DNA of 64,000 nt from positions 480,001-544,000 of the forward strand of contig CAVZRV010000007.1 of NCBI GenBank assembly GCA_963777605.1. Direction: 5' to 3'. The notes below the pieces were generated by a model. It was not told the DNA's origin and searched no databases. It saw nothing but the letters and a program-made list of their open reading frames with translations. A program made the position numbers and the translations under genes. Numbering within the stretch: the stretch's first letter is position 1; the number at the start of each line of letters is the position of its first letter. This DNA is from an uncultured Acidobacteriota bacterium. Its GTDB lineage: Bacteria > Acidobacteriota > UBA6911 > RPQK01 > JAPXNP01. Of this stretch, positions 19,167-30,710 are shown piece by piece.

Positions 19167-19418
19167 TCAAAGGGTTGAACATTCAAGCCGACGCCGCACC
19201 GCAGGAATGATAAAAATCCGCGAGAGATCTTCTTTTTGAAGGGTCCGGCAGAGAACTTCGGCCGATGCTGCCGGCGGTCCCGTAGAATTCAGGTAGAGAA
19301 TCCTGGCACCCCGAAGCCGCATGGCTCCTCCCTTGAACTCGCCTGACGCCCATCGCACTTCGATCCCGAGCCGCCCGGCCAGGTCCACCAGTTCATTGAG
19401 AAGATCGGCATCGCTCAC
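19167..19418 (-). CDS. Small hypothetical protein
   Basis: 83 aa, co-oriented with the downstream operon; LA.RLGIEVR...GG...L.G and F..PAVR pattern. Confidence 0.6.
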   Translation of the reverse strand: MSDADLLNELVDLAGRLGIEVRWASGEFKGGAMRLRGARILYLNSTGPPAASAEVLCRTLQKEDLSRIFIIPAVRRRLECSTL

Positions 19419-19551
19419 AATATTCCCGCCTATCTGATCATAGACTCCAGCGGTGAACTTTCCTCACATTCGAACACTGGATTGCCCGGATACGTCAGAA
19501 TAGGATGGCAAGGAGACGGCGTTCTCGTTCCCATCAGGAGGTAGAAGGACT

Positions 19552-21606
19552 ATGCGGCAAGGCCTATTTCCCTTATTGATCAGCATCTCACTGACCCTCG
19601 GCATGCAGGCTGCAGAAACCGGGTTCCCCCTCCCGGTTCGCAAGATTGTGCTCTACAAGAGTGGCGTCGGCTACTTCGTCCACGAAGGCCAGGTGTCAGG
19701 TGATCAGAACATCGAAATCCCTCTATCCAGTTCCCAACTCGATGACGTGCTCAAGTCGCTGACGGTGCTGGACCTCAACGGGGGTAGTATTGGAGTCGTC
19801 ACCTACGAGTCGACGGCGCCTATCGCCCACCAAATGGGAGATCTCCCCATCGACTTGAGCTCTACCGCTACCGTGGTAGACGCCCTGAACCAGCTGCGCG
19901 GGGCCAACGTCCGAATGAAGCTGCCCGGCGAGGAACTGGAAGGCAGGATCTTCGGAGCTGAATTCCGCAAAAGCGGCGAACCGGCCGGCAACGACGTCGT
20001 CGTGATGTCTCTCTTCGTCCCCCCTGCCGAGCTCCGGCTGGTCACTCTGGACCAGGTCGGCAGCCTGACGTTTGCGAATTCGGCTCTTGCCAGCGACATT
20101 GGACGGTACCTTGAACTCGAGGGCAACAAGAACGAGCGCAGCCTGCGACGACTCCGATTTCAGGCGGAAGGAACCGGAGAGCGAAACCTGGTTGTCAGCT
20201 ACACCACGGAGGCGCCAATCTGGAAGGCAACTTACCGCATCCTGGTGAGACCCCGACAGAAAGCTCTTCTCCAGGGGTGGGCGATCGTCGACAACACTAC
20301 CCCGATCGATTGGACGAACGTCGAACTTTCTCTCGTTTCCGGGGCTCCGGTCAGTTTCATTCAGCGGCTCTCCGAGCCGGTCTACGCCGACCGCCCGGAG
20401 GTTTCCCTCCCCCGGGGAGTCAGGGTTGCTCCGATGACACACGAGGGCACGATGGAGGACTTGTCCCCGAGTGTAGCGCAGCGCCGGGTTGGAGACGCCG
20501 GCGGAGTCGCCCCTGCCCGGATGGCGACAAAAATGGCGGAAGCTGCCCCGGCTCCGTCGGCCGCCTTGAATGCTTTTTCAACCAGGGCGATCGAAGAAAC
20601 GGCCCGCCCCGCAGCCGAAGCCGGAGCCCTGGCCGAGCAGTTTGAGTACCGCATGAAGGAACCGTTGACGATCAACCGGAACCAATCTGCTTTGCTCCCG
20701 GTTCTGCAGTCCTCGATTTCAGCCGACAAGGTTTCACTTTTCAACGCCACCCGCGACGGTCGAAACCCGCGCCTCGCCCTGTGGCTTCAGAATTCCTCCG
20801 GCCTGACTCTGGACGGCGGGGCGTTCTCGGTGGTCGATGCAGGCGCTTTCGCCGGCGAAGGCCTCTTCAACACCATGCAGCCGGACGAGCGCCGGCTCCT
20901 CACCTATGCCGTCGATCTGGCCGTAGAGGTCAGCACCCGGAATCGATCGGACAGATCGAAAATCGAGTGGGCATCGATTCAGAATGGGGTTCTGAAGTAC
21001 CAGAGCAAGTCGGTGGAGACGCGCAGCTACCTGGTCCGCAACAACGCGGATCAGGCCCGCAACGTGGTGATTGAACACCCCGTGCGTCCCAGTTGGAGCC
21101 TCGCCGGGAAATCAACACCGGTCGAATCCTCAAGCAGTTACTACCGGTTCCAGGTGCCGGTAGAGCCGTCGACAACGGCCACGCTGGAGGTAACGGAAGA
21201 GCATCCCGAAGAGAGCTCCTTTCGCCTGGCAGACCTATCGTCAGACCAGATCGCCATGTGGATCCAGGGCCGGAACCTGGGGACCAGAGTTGAAGCAGCA
21301 CTTGAGCGCCTGGCGGCTAAGCAGGGGCAGATCTCCGGTTTGGAGCGGCAGGTCGCCTCCCTGGCTGAGCAGGAGAGCAATATCGACCGAGATCAGGCCC
21401 GCATCCGGGAGAACCTGGGACGTCTCAGCCGGACCGCCGAGGAGGCCCAACTGCGCCAACGCTATCTCGATCAGCTCTCGGCGCAGGAGGATCGACTCGC
21501 CCAGATCCGAAGTGAAAGAAATGGCCTCGAGGAACAGCGCCGTCAGGCCCGGGAAGAACTGGCCGAGATGATCCGGACCCTCGACATTGGCCGCTCCGAG
21601 AGATGA
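19552..21606 (+). CDS. DUF4139-domain exported protein with C-terminal coiled coil
   Basis: AGGAGG RBS and signal peptide; VLYKSGVGYF, DDVLKSL, WKATYR and QGWAIVDN...DW..V.LSLVSG motifs. Confidence 0.85.
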   Translation: MRQGLFPLLISISLTLGMQAAETGFPLPVRKIVLYKSGVGYFVHEGQVSGDQNIEIPLSSSQLDDVLKSLTVLDLNGGSIGVVTYESTAPIAHQMGDLPIDLSSTATVVDALNQLRGANVRMKLPGEELEGRIFGAEFRKSGEPAGNDVVVMSLFVPPAELRLVTLDQVGSLTFANSALASDIGRYLELEGNKNERSLRRLRFQAEGTGERNLVVSYTTEAPIWKATYRILVRPRQKALLQGWAIVDNTTPIDWTNVELSLVSGAPVSFIQRLSEPVYADRPEVSLPRGVRVAPMTHEGTMEDLSPSVAQRRVGDAGGVAPARMATKMAEAAPAPSAALNAFSTRAIEETARPAAEAGALAEQFEYRMKEPLTINRNQSALLPVLQSSISADKVSLFNATRDGRNPRLALWLQNSSGLTLDGGAFSVVDAGAFAGEGLFNTMQPDERRLLTYAVDLAVEVSTRNRSDRSKIEWASIQNGVLKYQSKSVETRSYLVRNNADQARNVVIEHPVRPSWSLAGKSTPVESSSSYYRFQVPVEPSTTATLEVTEEHPEESSFRLADLSSDQIAMWIQGRNLGTRVEAALERLAAKQGQISGLERQVASLAEQESNIDRDQARIRENLGRLSRTAEEAQLRQRYLDQLSAQEDRLAQIRSERNGLEEQRRQAREELAEMIRTLDIGRSER

Positions 21607-21817
21607 GAAACCCCACCGCCACGAGCAATTACCAGGGGAATATCGAACTGACTCAGGGCCGTCGATTCGTGTCTCCCGGTGACCGCCTCGACTGCGGCAT
21701 TTTCGTGTCATCTGTCTGACTTTGTTGCATCCGGTGACTCCCCTCACACGTACCTTCAACCACAAAAAGTATTCTTCTCACCGAGTCTTCTCTGATCTGA
21801 CCATTGGGAGAATTGGA

Positions 21818-22087
21818 ATGAAAGTCGACCTGGACGAACTCACAAAAGACATTGAGGCTGAACTGAAGGGATTGGAAACACGAAGCCACGTCCTGACGAA
21901 ACGCCTGGAACTGATCAAGGGGGTCAAGGATATCGTCGAGGAAGCCCTCAGCGACTCCGAGGACTTCCGCATTCAAAAGGCACTGGAACGGATGTCGGGT
22001 GAATCTGCGGATGAATCCGAGGACAAGGAAAAGGAGGAAGGCCTGGAAGAAGAAGATCCTCCTCTGCGGATTGCCTTCGGGAACTAG
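21818..22087 (+). CDS. Acidic coiled-coil hypothetical protein
   Basis: GGGAG RBS, 89 aa, heptad pattern and Glu-rich tail. Confidence 0.6.
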   Translation: MKVDLDELTKDIEAELKGLETRSHVLTKRLELIKGVKDIVEEALSDSEDFRIQKALERMSGESADESEDKEKEEGLEEEDPPLRIAFGN

Positions 22088-22099
22088 ACCGGGCGTTCG

Positions 22100-23149
22100 T
22101 CAAATTCCCAGTCCGTCCAGGTTGTACTGTTCCCGGTACTTGGGGGGAACGTAAATGTAACTCTCCTCGACCAAGGTCTTCATGAAAGTTTCGACCTCCG
22201 GCTCGGATTTCTCTTCGTAGAGGTGCTCGGAGATTTGTGGCCTGACATCCTGGAGGGGCTTTACCGCGGCGTCCGATCGTTCGACAACCTGGACAATCTG
22301 GTAACCGTAATCGGTTTCCACGATGTCGCTGAACGACCCTACCGGGATTTCGAATACCACCGCTTCGAGGGCTGAATTCATCGATCCCTTCCGGAAGGTC
22401 CCAATGTCTCCTCCTTTGGAGGCGGTCGGGCCTTCCGACACTTCTTTGGCCACGGTCGTGAAATCTTCCCCAGCTTTCAGGCGCTTCAGCGCTTCTTCCG
22501 CCTTCTTGTGAACGGCGGCCGTATCCTTCCCCTCGGTCAGAAAAAGAATCTCTGCGAGGTGAACTTCACCCGGAACCATAAAGTCCTCCTGATGGGCCTG
22601 GTAATAAGCTTCAACTTCTGAAGTCAGGAGGGTGATCTTCGAATAGACATACTGTTGGAGCAAGTTGCGCGTGATCATCTGCTCCTTTATCCGGTCACGG
22701 TATTCCTGCAGGGAACTACCCCGCTGCCGGAAATACTGGTCGAGCACCTCAAGGCTGGGAATTCCTGCCTCCTTGCGCATCTCCTCCAGGTATGTAGACA
22801 CATCCATGTCGATGTCCGCCGTGATACCAAGCTCCTCGGCTTTCTGCACCATGAGCTTGGTTTGGATGACGTATCTCAGCATGTTGCGCTTGCGCTCCTG
22901 AAAGACCTTCTCCAACTCGTCAGGATCTTTGGCGTCCTGCCCCAGTTCCACGCGAAGCTGTTTCAACGTCCGTTTGAGATCGGTCAGGGTGATGATTTCG
23001 TTGTTAACTTTGGCCACGATCTCATCGAGGACCACGGGTTCCTGGGGCTCTTCCGCGGGCTTGTCCTGAGCCCAGGCCAGCCCCCCACCCATGCCGGCGA
23101 ACTGAATTGCGAGGGCAACGTGCCAAAGCTTTTTAGTGAGTGATTTCAT
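22100..23149 (-). CDS. SurA-like parvulin PPIase chaperone
   Basis: IVAKVNNEIIT SurA N-domain; rotamase motifs HLAEIL, GGDIG.F and GYQIV. Confidence 0.88.
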   Translation of the reverse strand: MKSLTKKLWHVALAIQFAGMGGGLAWAQDKPAEEPQEPVVLDEIVAKVNNEIITLTDLKRTLKQLRVELGQDAKDPDELEKVFQERKRNMLRYVIQTKLMVQKAEELGITADIDMDVSTYLEEMRKEAGIPSLEVLDQYFRQRGSSLQEYRDRIKEQMITRNLLQQYVYSKITLLTSEVEAYYQAHQEDFMVPGEVHLAEILFLTEGKDTAAVHKKAEEALKRLKAGEDFTTVAKEVSEGPTASKGGDIGTFRKGSMNSALEAVVFEIPVGSFSDIVETDYGYQIVQVVERSDAAVKPLQDVRPQISEHLYEEKSEPEVETFMKTLVEESYIYVPPKYREQYNLDGLGI

Positions 23150-24086
23150 TGACTTGTCTCTCCACTCTGTCGAATCTCAAATTATCCTTCAGGATGTCAA
23201 TTTGAGCGCTCTTGAAAAGATTGGAAATGTACTCGTCGACTGCTTTCCGCTCTTTTTCGGATGTCAGCCTTTCGAAAATCTCGTCTTTGACTTCGTAGAA
23301 CTTCTCCTCGTGTGCGGGAACCCACTCTTCCATCGCGAACAGATGGTAACCGTAATCAGAGTGAAAAGGCTCGCTGACTTCACCCGGCTTCAGGGCAAAA
23401 ACGACCTTTTCAAATTCCTCCGGCAGCTCTCCGCGCTCATATACTCCGAGGCTTCCTCCCGATTGAGCCGTCACACCGATCGAATGCTCCTGGGCCAGTT
23501 GCTTGAAGCGGCTTAGGTCTCCGTCTTTCACCTCAGCCCGAATCCGTTCCGCCTCCTCGCGGCTCTCGGCCAGGATTTCCAGAACCCGAGCGAGATCGCC
23601 CACTTTGAATTCGTCAGTATGCTCCTCGTAGTACTGCTGCAATTCCCTCAGCGTCACGTTTACCTTGGATGCGGCTTCCTCCTTCAGGACCTTCTGCATA
23701 AGCAGGAACTGATAGATGTACTCGGAGAAACCCGGCTCCATCAGACTGTCATTCGGGGTCCACTCGCTCAAGAATCGGTCCACCTCGTCTTCGCCGACTG
23801 TAATCCCCTTCTTCTTGGCTTCCTGAACCAGCAGGCGGGCAGTCAGAAAATCGTGAAAAAGTTCATCTTCTGGCACAGGGCTCGGATCTTCTTCTAACTC
23901 GCCCCTCGAGTAATTGAGGAACGTCTGGAAATCGGAAGCCATCACCGTTTCGCCGTTCACCACCGCGATCGCCTCTGCGGCGGCGGTTTGGTCGCCACCA
24001 TCCCCAGCGTCTCCGAACCCGCATCCTGACAGCAGAATCGAAACTGCCAGCACTGTTACTGTTACACCCGTCCAACTACTGCTCAT
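23133..24086 (-). CDS. PrsA/PpiC-type parvulin PPIase lipoprotein
   Basis: Lipobox LSGC; AVVNGE, GGSLG and GEVSEPFHSDYGYHL motifs. Confidence 0.88.
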   Translation of the reverse strand: MSSSWTGVTVTVLAVSILLSGCGFGDAGDGGDQTAAAEAIAVVNGETVMASDFQTFLNYSRGELEEDPSPVPEDELFHDFLTARLLVQEAKKKGITVGEDEVDRFLSEWTPNDSLMEPGFSEYIYQFLLMQKVLKEEAASKVNVTLRELQQYYEEHTDEFKVGDLARVLEILAESREEAERIRAEVKDGDLSRFKQLAQEHSIGVTAQSGGSLGVYERGELPEEFEKVVFALKPGEVSEPFHSDYGYHLFAMEEWVPAHEEKFYEVKDEIFERLTSEKERKAVDEYISNLFKSAQIDILKDNLRFDRVERQVNEITH

Positions 24087-27000
24087 CGGTCAACGCAGAC
24101 AAAATCCCAAAAGCCTTCTCAAACAGTGCCGAGGGAACCGCTCCATTTATAGATGCTACCAGAGCCCCGTCAGTTGAAAAGTTCAGCGAGGAATCTGAGC
24201 CCACCAGGCGAATCACCGTGTCGGGCGAGACCGGCGTGTCTTCCCGGAACTTGAAGCGGAGCTTGTCTCCTTTCCGCTCGATCGCGGTGAGTTTCAGAGA
24301 CTGGGCGATGATCCGAAGCCGGGCATACTCGAACAGGTTGGCAACAGCCTTGGGGTACTTGCCGAAGCGATCCAGGGTTTCTTCCCGCAGACTCTGCAGG
24401 CGAGTCTCGTCGTTGATCTGGGAAAGGCGCTTGTAGAGCCACAGCCGGGTGTTGGAGTCTTCGATGTAGTACTCGGGAATCTGGATATCCATTCGAAGAT
24501 CGACCGCCGTGTGAAGTTCTTCACCCGTCGGTTCCCCCTTGAGCTCGCGAATCGTCTGCTCGAGGAGCTTCATGTACAGCTCGAAGCCGACCGCTTCGAT
24601 ATGGCCGCTCTGCTCGCCTCCGAGCAGATTTCCGGCGCCTCTAATCTCCAGGTCCATGGCCGCGAGCCGAAAGCCGGATCCCAGGTCGCTGAACTCCTTG
24701 ATTGCGGCGAGCCGCTTGCGGGCATCTTCGGTGAGACGGTCTTCATCGGAAACCAGCAGATAGGCATAAGCCCGACGGCTCGAGCGCCCCACTCGCCCCC
24801 TGAGCTGGTACAGCTGCGAGAGCCCGAAACGATCCGCCCGGTTAACGATGATGGTATTGGCACGTGGAATGTCGAGACCATTCTCAATGATGGTCGTGCA
24901 CACGAGAACGTCGCTCTTGTGGTTCAGAAAATTGAGCATGACTTTTTCCAGACTCTCGTCAGGCATCTGGCCGTGCGCTACGGCGATGCGCGCCTCCGGC
25001 ACGTAGCGGTGGATCGTCTGGGCCATGGACTCGATTGTCTCGACCGAGTTATGGAGAAAGAATACCTGGCCGGACCGCTTCAGCTCCAGGTCGATCGCGC
25101 TGCGAATGATCTGCCCGGAGAACTTCACCACCACCGTCTGAATGGCGAGCCGATCCTTGGGAGCCGTCTCAATGATGGACAGGTCACGGATCCCAACCAG
25201 CGACATGTTCAGAGTCCGCGGTATTGGGGTGGCGGAAAGGGTCAGCACATCGACGTGGGCCTTCAGCTTCTTGAGGCGTTCTTTCTGGGCCACACCAAAA
25301 CGCTGCTCCTCGTCAACGACGATCAGCCCGAGGTCGTTGAACTTGACATCGCGGGAAAGAAGCCGGTGAGTGCCAATCAGGATGTCCGCCATCCCGAGTT
25401 CCACCTTCTCCGCGACTTCTTTCTGCTCCTGACGTCCCAGAAATCGACTCAACATCTCAATTCGCACAGGGAAACCCTTGAATCGGTCCCGAAAGGTGGC
25501 GAAGTGCTGAAATGCAAGCACGGTTGTAGGGGTCAGAACGGCCACCTGCTTGCCGTCGTTGACCGCCTTGAGCGCAGCCCGCATGGCGACCTCCGTCTTC
25601 CCGTAGCCGACATCACCACAGATGAGCCGATCCATCGGCCGACTCGACTCCATGTCCTTCTTACAGGACGCGATAGCGGTCGCCTGGTCGGGAGTTTCCT
25701 GGTACTCAAAGGCGGCCTCGAATTCACGGACGAGCTCGTCGTCGGGCGCATAGGCATGGCCTTCCGAGACTTCCCTCTTGGCGTACAGCTTCAACAGGTC
25801 CTCGGCCAGGTCCTGCATCGACTTCTTGATCCTGGCCTTGGTTTTCTTCCAGGAAGTACCCCCAAGACGGTCAACCTGGGGCTTCGCCCCTCCGGCGGAT
25901 GAGTACTTCTGGATCAGATCGAGTCGATCAACCGGTACGTAGAGGCGCCCGCCGCCGGCATACTCGAGAATGACGAACTCGCCGGTCTGCGCCCCAACTC
26001 CGATCTGCTTCAAGCCCCGGAACGCGCCGATCCCATGATCGAGATGGACAACGAAATCACCGTCATGGAGATCACGAAAGTCGGAAATAAAAGCGCCCAT
26101 CTGGTCGGCGAACCGCGGTCCGTCGGTCCTGCGAGACTCCTCGGTCTTGCCGAAAACTTCCGGCTCGGTGATCACCTGCAAACCGAGTGCATGACTCGAA
26201 AAGCCGGCGACGAGCCGCCCCGTCGTCACCGCGACCGGGTGAGCCAGGCTGGCATGAAATCCGCGGGGGACCTGGGCAATTCCGATTTCATACTCGCGGA
26301 AGATTTCCGCAAGCCGCTCCATCATCCCCTTGCTCCGCATCACGAAGACAACCTGGCGACCCGAGAGACGGGCCCGCTCTACCTCGTCGAGAACTTCCTG
26401 GACCTTCCCCTTGAACGGCAAGAGAGGTCGGAAATCGAACCTCTCCGTTTCGCGGCCATGAGTTGCCAGCTTCTCAACCTGGAACGGCCGAAGCGGATCG
26501 AGCATCTGCTTCAACTCTCCGACACTGAAATAGAACGTCTCAGGAGGAAGTGACAGCGTCCCCTCCAGGTCACAGTCCTGGTGACTCTCCTGGGCTTTGG
26601 TCCAGACCTGCTTCACGATGGACTCCAGCTCATCAGGCTCATTCAGAATCAGCCGGGGTACTCCGCTGTCCGAATGCAGGAAGTCCAGGATCCCGCTTGT
26701 CAGCGGACTGACCAGGGGGAAAAGGAACTCGAAACCGTTGAAGAGTTCGCCGTTCTCGGTGAACTGCCGCAGATCGGAAAGCTGTTCGGCAAACCGGACC
26801 TCGTTCCAGTGTTCCGGGGCCGTCCTATGCCACTCCTCAACCTGCTCTCGAGAAGGGCACATCTCTCGCATGGGAACGATTTCGCAGTCCCGGATCAGGC
26901 CTACCGAACGCTGCGTGGCAGGATCGAATTTCCGGATCGACTCCACCTCATCTCCGAAAAACTCGACCCGAACCGGCGTGTCGTAGGACGGGGAGTAAAC

Positions 27001-27594
27001 ATCCACAATCCCGCCTCGAAACGAGAATTCCCCCACTTCGCTGACAGGATCCTCCCGGAGATAGCCGATCGATCTCAGAGTGAGGATCAAACCATCACGG
27101 GAGATCGCGTCTCCGATTGAAAGTGTCACGCACCGACTCCGGAACTGCTCGGGAGTAACGGCCCGCATCATCAGGGCGGTTATCGGGACCACCAGAATCC
27201 CGTTGAACCCGGCCGAGAGCCTGGCCAGCGCCACGGCGCGACGAGTCGCTATATCCGGATGCGGAGAGAGGCCCCGGTACGGGTCAACCTCAGGCCCCGG
27301 GAGTACCAGCACATCCCGGCGGCGCTCCTCGGGAAGAAAGAACGCAAGGTCAAGTGCAAGTTCTTCGGCGGACTGGTTCTCGGTTGTCACCCAAACCAGG
27401 GGACTCCGGTGCTTCAGGAAGTAAAAGGAAAAAACGAAGGCCGCATCGGCCTGGGAAAGACCTTCCAGCGACCTGGATTCGGCGAGTTTTCGGGAGATAG
27501 CCTGGCCGAGTTCCTGAGACTTGCGAATCTCAGACCACTCGGCTGCCTTGCCGGATCCTGCCGATGATGCCGCTGGTGGAATAGCCTCGCTCAA
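24076..27594 (-). CDS. mfd: Transcription-repair coupling factor (start uncertain, overlaps rfaE2)
   Basis: UvrB-like region RGGIVDVY, CarD-like RID (VVHLDHGIG), [23 protein letters not shown] and the TRCF domain. Confidence 0.97.
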   Translation of the reverse strand: MSEAIPPAASSAGSGKAAEWSEIRKSQELGQAISRKLAESRSLEGLSQADAAFVFSFYFLKHRSPLVWVTTENQSAEELALDLAFFLPEERRRDVLVLPGPEVDPYRGLSPHPDIATRRAVALARLSAGFNGILVVPITALMMRAVTPEQFRSRCVTLSIGDAISRDGLILTLRSIGYLREDPVSEVGEFSFRGGIVDVYSPSYDTPVRVEFFGDEVESIRKFDPATQRSVGLIRDCEIVPMREMCPSREQVEEWHRTAPEHWNEVRFAEQLSDLRQFTENGELFNGFEFLFPLVSPLTSGILDFLHSDSGVPRLILNEPDELESIVKQVWTKAQESHQDCDLEGTLSLPPETFYFSVGELKQMLDPLRPFQVEKLATHGRETERFDFRPLLPFKGKVQEVLDEVERARLSGRQVVFVMRSKGMMERLAEIFREYEIGIAQVPRGFHASLAHPVAVTTGRLVAGFSSHALGLQVITEPEVFGKTEESRRTDGPRFADQMGAFISDFRDLHDGDFVVHLDHGIGAFRGLKQIGVGAQTGEFVILEYAGGGRLYVPVDRLDLIQKYSSAGGAKPQVDRLGGTSWKKTKARIKKSMQDLAEDLLKLYAKREVSEGHAYAPDDELVREFEAAFEYQETPDQATAIASCKKDMESSRPMDRLICGDVGYGKTEVAMRAALKAVNDGKQVAVLTPTTVLAFQHFATFRDRFKGFPVRIEMLSRFLGRQEQKEVAEKVELGMADILIGTHRLLSRDVKFNDLGLIVVDEEQRFGVAQKERLKKLKAHVDVLTLSATPIPRTLNMSLVGIRDLSIIETAPKDRLAIQTVVVKFSGQIIRSAIDLELKRSGQVFFLHNSVETIESMAQTIHRYVPEARIAVAHGQMPDESLEKVMLNFLNHKSDVLVCTTIIENGLDIPRANTIIVNRADRFGLSQLYQLRGRVGRSSRRAYAYLLVSDEDRLTEDARKRLAAIKEFSDLGSGFRLAAMDLEIRGAGNLLGGEQSGHIEAVGFELYMKLLEQTIRELKGEPTGEELHTAVDLRMDIQIPEYYIEDSNTRLWLYKRLSQINDETRLQSLREETLDRFGKYPKAVANLFEYARLRIIAQSLKLTAIERKGDKLRFKFREDTPVSPDTVIRLVGSDSSLNFSTDGALVASINGAVPSALFEKAFGILSALTDEQ

Positions 27595-28024
27595 ATTCGA
27601 TTGTCACCACTTGACCGCCCCGACGTTCGACTATGTCCCGTCCCACGATTTGCTCCTTGGGCCAGTCTCCGCCTTTGGCCAGCACATCGGGCTGCAGTCG
27701 TTCTATGATCTGGAAGGGCGTTTCTTCACTAAACAGGATCGCATAATCAACACAGTGGAGCCCCGCAACCATCTCTACGCGGTCACGCTCTCCGATAATC
27801 GGGCGCTCGTCACCTTTGATGCCCCGCACCGATGCGTCGGAGTTCACCGCGACTATAAGAATATCACCCAAATGCCGGGCCGCCTCCAGGTAGCGAAGGT
27901 GTCCGACGTGGAGGATGTCGAAACAGCCGTTCGTAAACACCACTTTCTGTCCAGCATCCGTCAACCGTCGGCGGATTTCGACCAGTTCTGCACCCGATTT
28001 CACTTTGTCTCGCCCCAGTTTCAT
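27530..28024 (-). CDS. rfaE2: D-glycero-beta-D-manno-heptose 1-phosphate adenylyltransferase
   Basis: VFTNGCFDILHVGH, KG..RPI, KGGDW and STSGII motifs. Confidence 0.93.
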   Translation of the reverse strand: MKLGRDKVKSGAELVEIRRRLTDAGQKVVFTNGCFDILHVGHLRYLEAARHLGDILIVAVNSDASVRGIKGDERPIIGERDRVEMVAGLHCVDYAILFSEETPFQIIERLQPDVLAKGGDWPKEQIVGRDIVERRGGQVVTIEFERGYSTSGIIGRIRQGSRVV

Positions 28025-28041
28025 TGTGTCCTTCCCTGGAA

Positions 28042-28980
28042 TCAGCGGTTGGCCGGATAGCTGATTTTCACTCTCGGGGGATCTACGGACTCTACCCGAA
28101 GCAGGCTCTGGTACTCCTCCGGGATTGCGACACTCAGAGGCAATTCCACCGCCTCTTCCATGTCCTCACTTGGGACCGTGGCGTAAGCGTAAAAACCACG
28201 CATTTCGACTTTGGTCGTGTTGGAGATCGGCACCGAGAACACTGCCTCGGCGCTCCGCAGCGAGGTCTTGGCTCGCGTCCCTTCGGGAAGGAGGCGGACC
28301 GGAAGCTTGGCCGAAATGTTCCGCCGCTGCTCTTCGATCATGACAAAAACGTCCACTGATGAGGCATTCTGGATCTGGAGGCGGGGATCCTCAAGATCGA
28401 GGTACACCTTTTGCCGGAACCCCTGGGATCGACCACTGACATCGATCGGCTCCGTGGCAGCGGTGGTGATGCGCTCCAATTTCGATTCCGGGCCGCTGAC
28501 CAGAACCTCGCTGGGGATAACACGGACTTCCCGAACCTGGTAGCCCTCCGCGGGCTGTCCCACGACCTCCGGCTGCACACGAACCGTCTTGCGACGAATG
28601 CGCTCGAACTCGAGCCGGATTCTTCGCTGCTCAATTCCTTCGATCTGGACTCTACTCGGGACGTTACGAATGTTGCGCTCCGTGATCGGAACCACCGACG
28701 ATCCAGGTTCGGCCGAACTGAGGTCGATGACCGCCGCCAGCTGCCGCTCATCCATCCGCAATGAACTGGGACGGGATATCACGACGTTGACTTCGCGAGG
28801 ATAGTCGTTTGTGATTTCCAGCCCCACCGGCATGTTAATGAACTCGACCGGCACTGCCACCGACCGCTGAACCCGCTGCTGGCCGGCAATCTGGACCCAA
28901 AGCAGGAATGCCAGCAGAAACGCAATCACCTTGAGGGTGATGTTGTCCAAAACCAGGCTTCGCAGGTAACGCAGGTTCAT
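28042..28980 (-). CDS. cdaR: YbbR/CdaR-like regulator of diadenylate cyclase
   Basis: N-terminal LKVIAFLLAFLLW TM helix and YbbR repeats (G.PAEGY, V.VSGPES); coupled to cdaA. Confidence 0.85.
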   Translation of the reverse strand: MNLRYLRSLVLDNITLKVIAFLLAFLLWVQIAGQQRVQRSVAVPVEFINMPVGLEITNDYPREVNVVISRPSSLRMDERQLAAVIDLSSAEPGSSVVPITERNIRNVPSRVQIEGIEQRRIRLEFERIRRKTVRVQPEVVGQPAEGYQVREVRVIPSEVLVSGPESKLERITTAATEPIDVSGRSQGFRQKVYLDLEDPRLQIQNASSVDVFVMIEEQRRNISAKLPVRLLPEGTRAKTSLRSAEAVFSVPISNTTKVEMRGFYAYATVPSEDMEEAVELPLSVAIPEEYQSLLRVESVDPPRVKISYPANR

Positions 28981-29801
28981 ACCGGCGCACCTCTCTGACC
29001 ACGGGGCTCCGAAGAGGACGCCCGGGTTCTCGCAGCCTTCGATCCCTCCATCACCGCGTTCAAATACTCCAGGAGCCGGGGTCCGTCAAGACCTCTCGTC
29101 AACTCACCCTCGACCACAGCCGAAATGGTACCGGTCTCTTCCGAAACGACCACTGCAACAGCATCGGTCTCTTCCGTGATGCCGATTGCGGCCCGGTGCC
29201 GCGTGCCCAATTCCTTACTGAGGTAGGGATCCAGGGTAAGCGGCAGGAAACAGCCGGCAGCACTGATCCGGTTGCCCTGTATGATCACGGACCCGTCGTG
29301 AAGCGAACTGCTCGGGATGAAGATGGTTACGAGCAGGTCGTAGGTCATGTATGCATCCAGTTTGATGCCACTTTCGACGTAATTGCGCAGCCCGATTTCC
29401 CTCTCGATTACGATCAGCCCACCAATCTTCTGGGCGGACAGGGTCGTCGCAGCCAGCACGATCTCGTCAAAGATGCTCCGGTCCTTGTTGCGGCCGATCC
29501 GCGAGAAAAACTTGCCGCGACCAAGCTTGGCCAACCCCCTCCTGATCTCGGATTGGAAAATGACAATCAACGCAAACACGAAGTACGTGAAGAAGTTCGC
29601 CAGGATCCACTCGATCGTGCGGAACTCGAAGAAACGGGCCAGGTAATAGATCAGGGCAACCGCAGTGATCCCCACGGTCATCTGCGATCCGCGGGTTCCC
29701 TTGATGAGGAGGAGAAACTGGTAGATGAGGGCCGCAACCAGGACGATCTCAAAGACATCCCGGACACCAAGCCTCGAAAACGCCGCGATTAATTCTTGCA
29801 T
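28977..29801 (-). CDS. cdaA: Membrane diadenylate cyclase
   Basis: Three TM helices; IFQSEIRRGL, LHDGSVII and LGTRHRAA.GITEETDA motifs. Confidence 0.95.
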   Translation of the reverse strand: MQELIAAFSRLGVRDVFEIVLVAALIYQFLLLIKGTRGSQMTVGITAVALIYYLARFFEFRTIEWILANFFTYFVFALIVIFQSEIRRGLAKLGRGKFFSRIGRNKDRSIFDEIVLAATTLSAQKIGGLIVIEREIGLRNYVESGIKLDAYMTYDLLVTIFIPSSSLHDGSVIIQGNRISAAGCFLPLTLDPYLSKELGTRHRAAIGITEETDAVAVVVSEETGTISAVVEGELTRGLDGPRLLEYLNAVMEGSKAARTRASSSEPRGQRGAPV

Positions 29802-29804
29802 TGA

Positions 29805-30665
29805 CTACGGTTCGAACTGTTCCGCGAGAATCGCGTCCACTACATCGGAAATCTGTCTTACCGGGCCGACATCGTGAACGCGCAAGACGTGTGCGCCTCT
29901 CAAGATGGCGGCGGAGCAGGCCGCCGCCGTACCCATCGCACGATCCTGAACCGGCCGGTTCAGGATCGTGCCAAGAAAGCTCTTCCTCGACGGACCAACC
30001 AGGACAGGCAGATCAAATTCGTCCAAAAAGGACAAGCGATTCAGCAGAACCAGATTGTCCTGCGCTGTCTTGCCAAAGCCAATCCCGGGGTCGAGCAAGA
30101 TTCTATCACGCAGTATCCCCCATTTGAACGCCTCGGACACTGCCGCACGGGACCCTTCCACGACCTCTGCAATGATGTCTTCTGACGGAGGCAGGGTCTG
30201 CATCGTGGCAGGCGTACCCCGCATGTGCATGAGCACCAGGCCGGCTTTCTCCCGCCTCGCCACGCCGCCCATTTCCGGGTCGAACCGGAGGCTGCTGATG
30301 TCGTTGACGATGTCAGCCCCAGCCCGGATAGCGGCCCGGGCAACTCCCGACTTCCAGGTATCCACCGAAATCGGCAGTCTGGTTTCGAGACGAATCCGCT
30401 CGATGACCGGCACCACACGATCGATTTCTTCCTGCTCCGAGATCGGGTCCGCTCCAGGACGACTCGACTCCCCGCCGATATCGAGAATGTCGGCACCTTC
30501 CTCGAGCAACCGAAGACCGTGTGCGACCGCGACCGCAGGCACTTCAAAGTGCCCCCCGTCGGAAAACGAATCGGGGGTGACGTTTACGATGCCCATCAGA
30601 CAGGTACGACGGCCAAGAGCCAGTTCCTTGTCCCGGGCACGAAAGACAAAAGACCGACGACTCAT
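29805..30665 (-). CDS. folP: Dihydropteroate synthase
   Basis: MGIVNVTPDSFSDGG, DPGIGFGK, SRKSF and RVHDV motifs. Confidence 0.97.
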   Translation of the reverse strand: MSRRSFVFRARDKELALGRRTCLMGIVNVTPDSFSDGGHFEVPAVAVAHGLRLLEEGADILDIGGESSRPGADPISEQEEIDRVVPVIERIRLETRLPISVDTWKSGVARAAIRAGADIVNDISSLRFDPEMGGVARREKAGLVLMHMRGTPATMQTLPPSEDIIAEVVEGSRAAVSEAFKWGILRDRILLDPGIGFGKTAQDNLVLLNRLSFLDEFDLPVLVGPSRKSFLGTILNRPVQDRAMGTAAACSAAILRGAHVLRVHDVGPVRQISDVVDAILAEQFEP

Positions 30666-30710
30666 CTACCCCCTCGGATCTGCCCGGACCCAGGGTCTCA
30701 GTCACCTCGG

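Noticed and set aside
24511-25902. 463-aa plus-strand ORF
   Set aside because: Antisense to mfd; a typical high-GC shadow frame.
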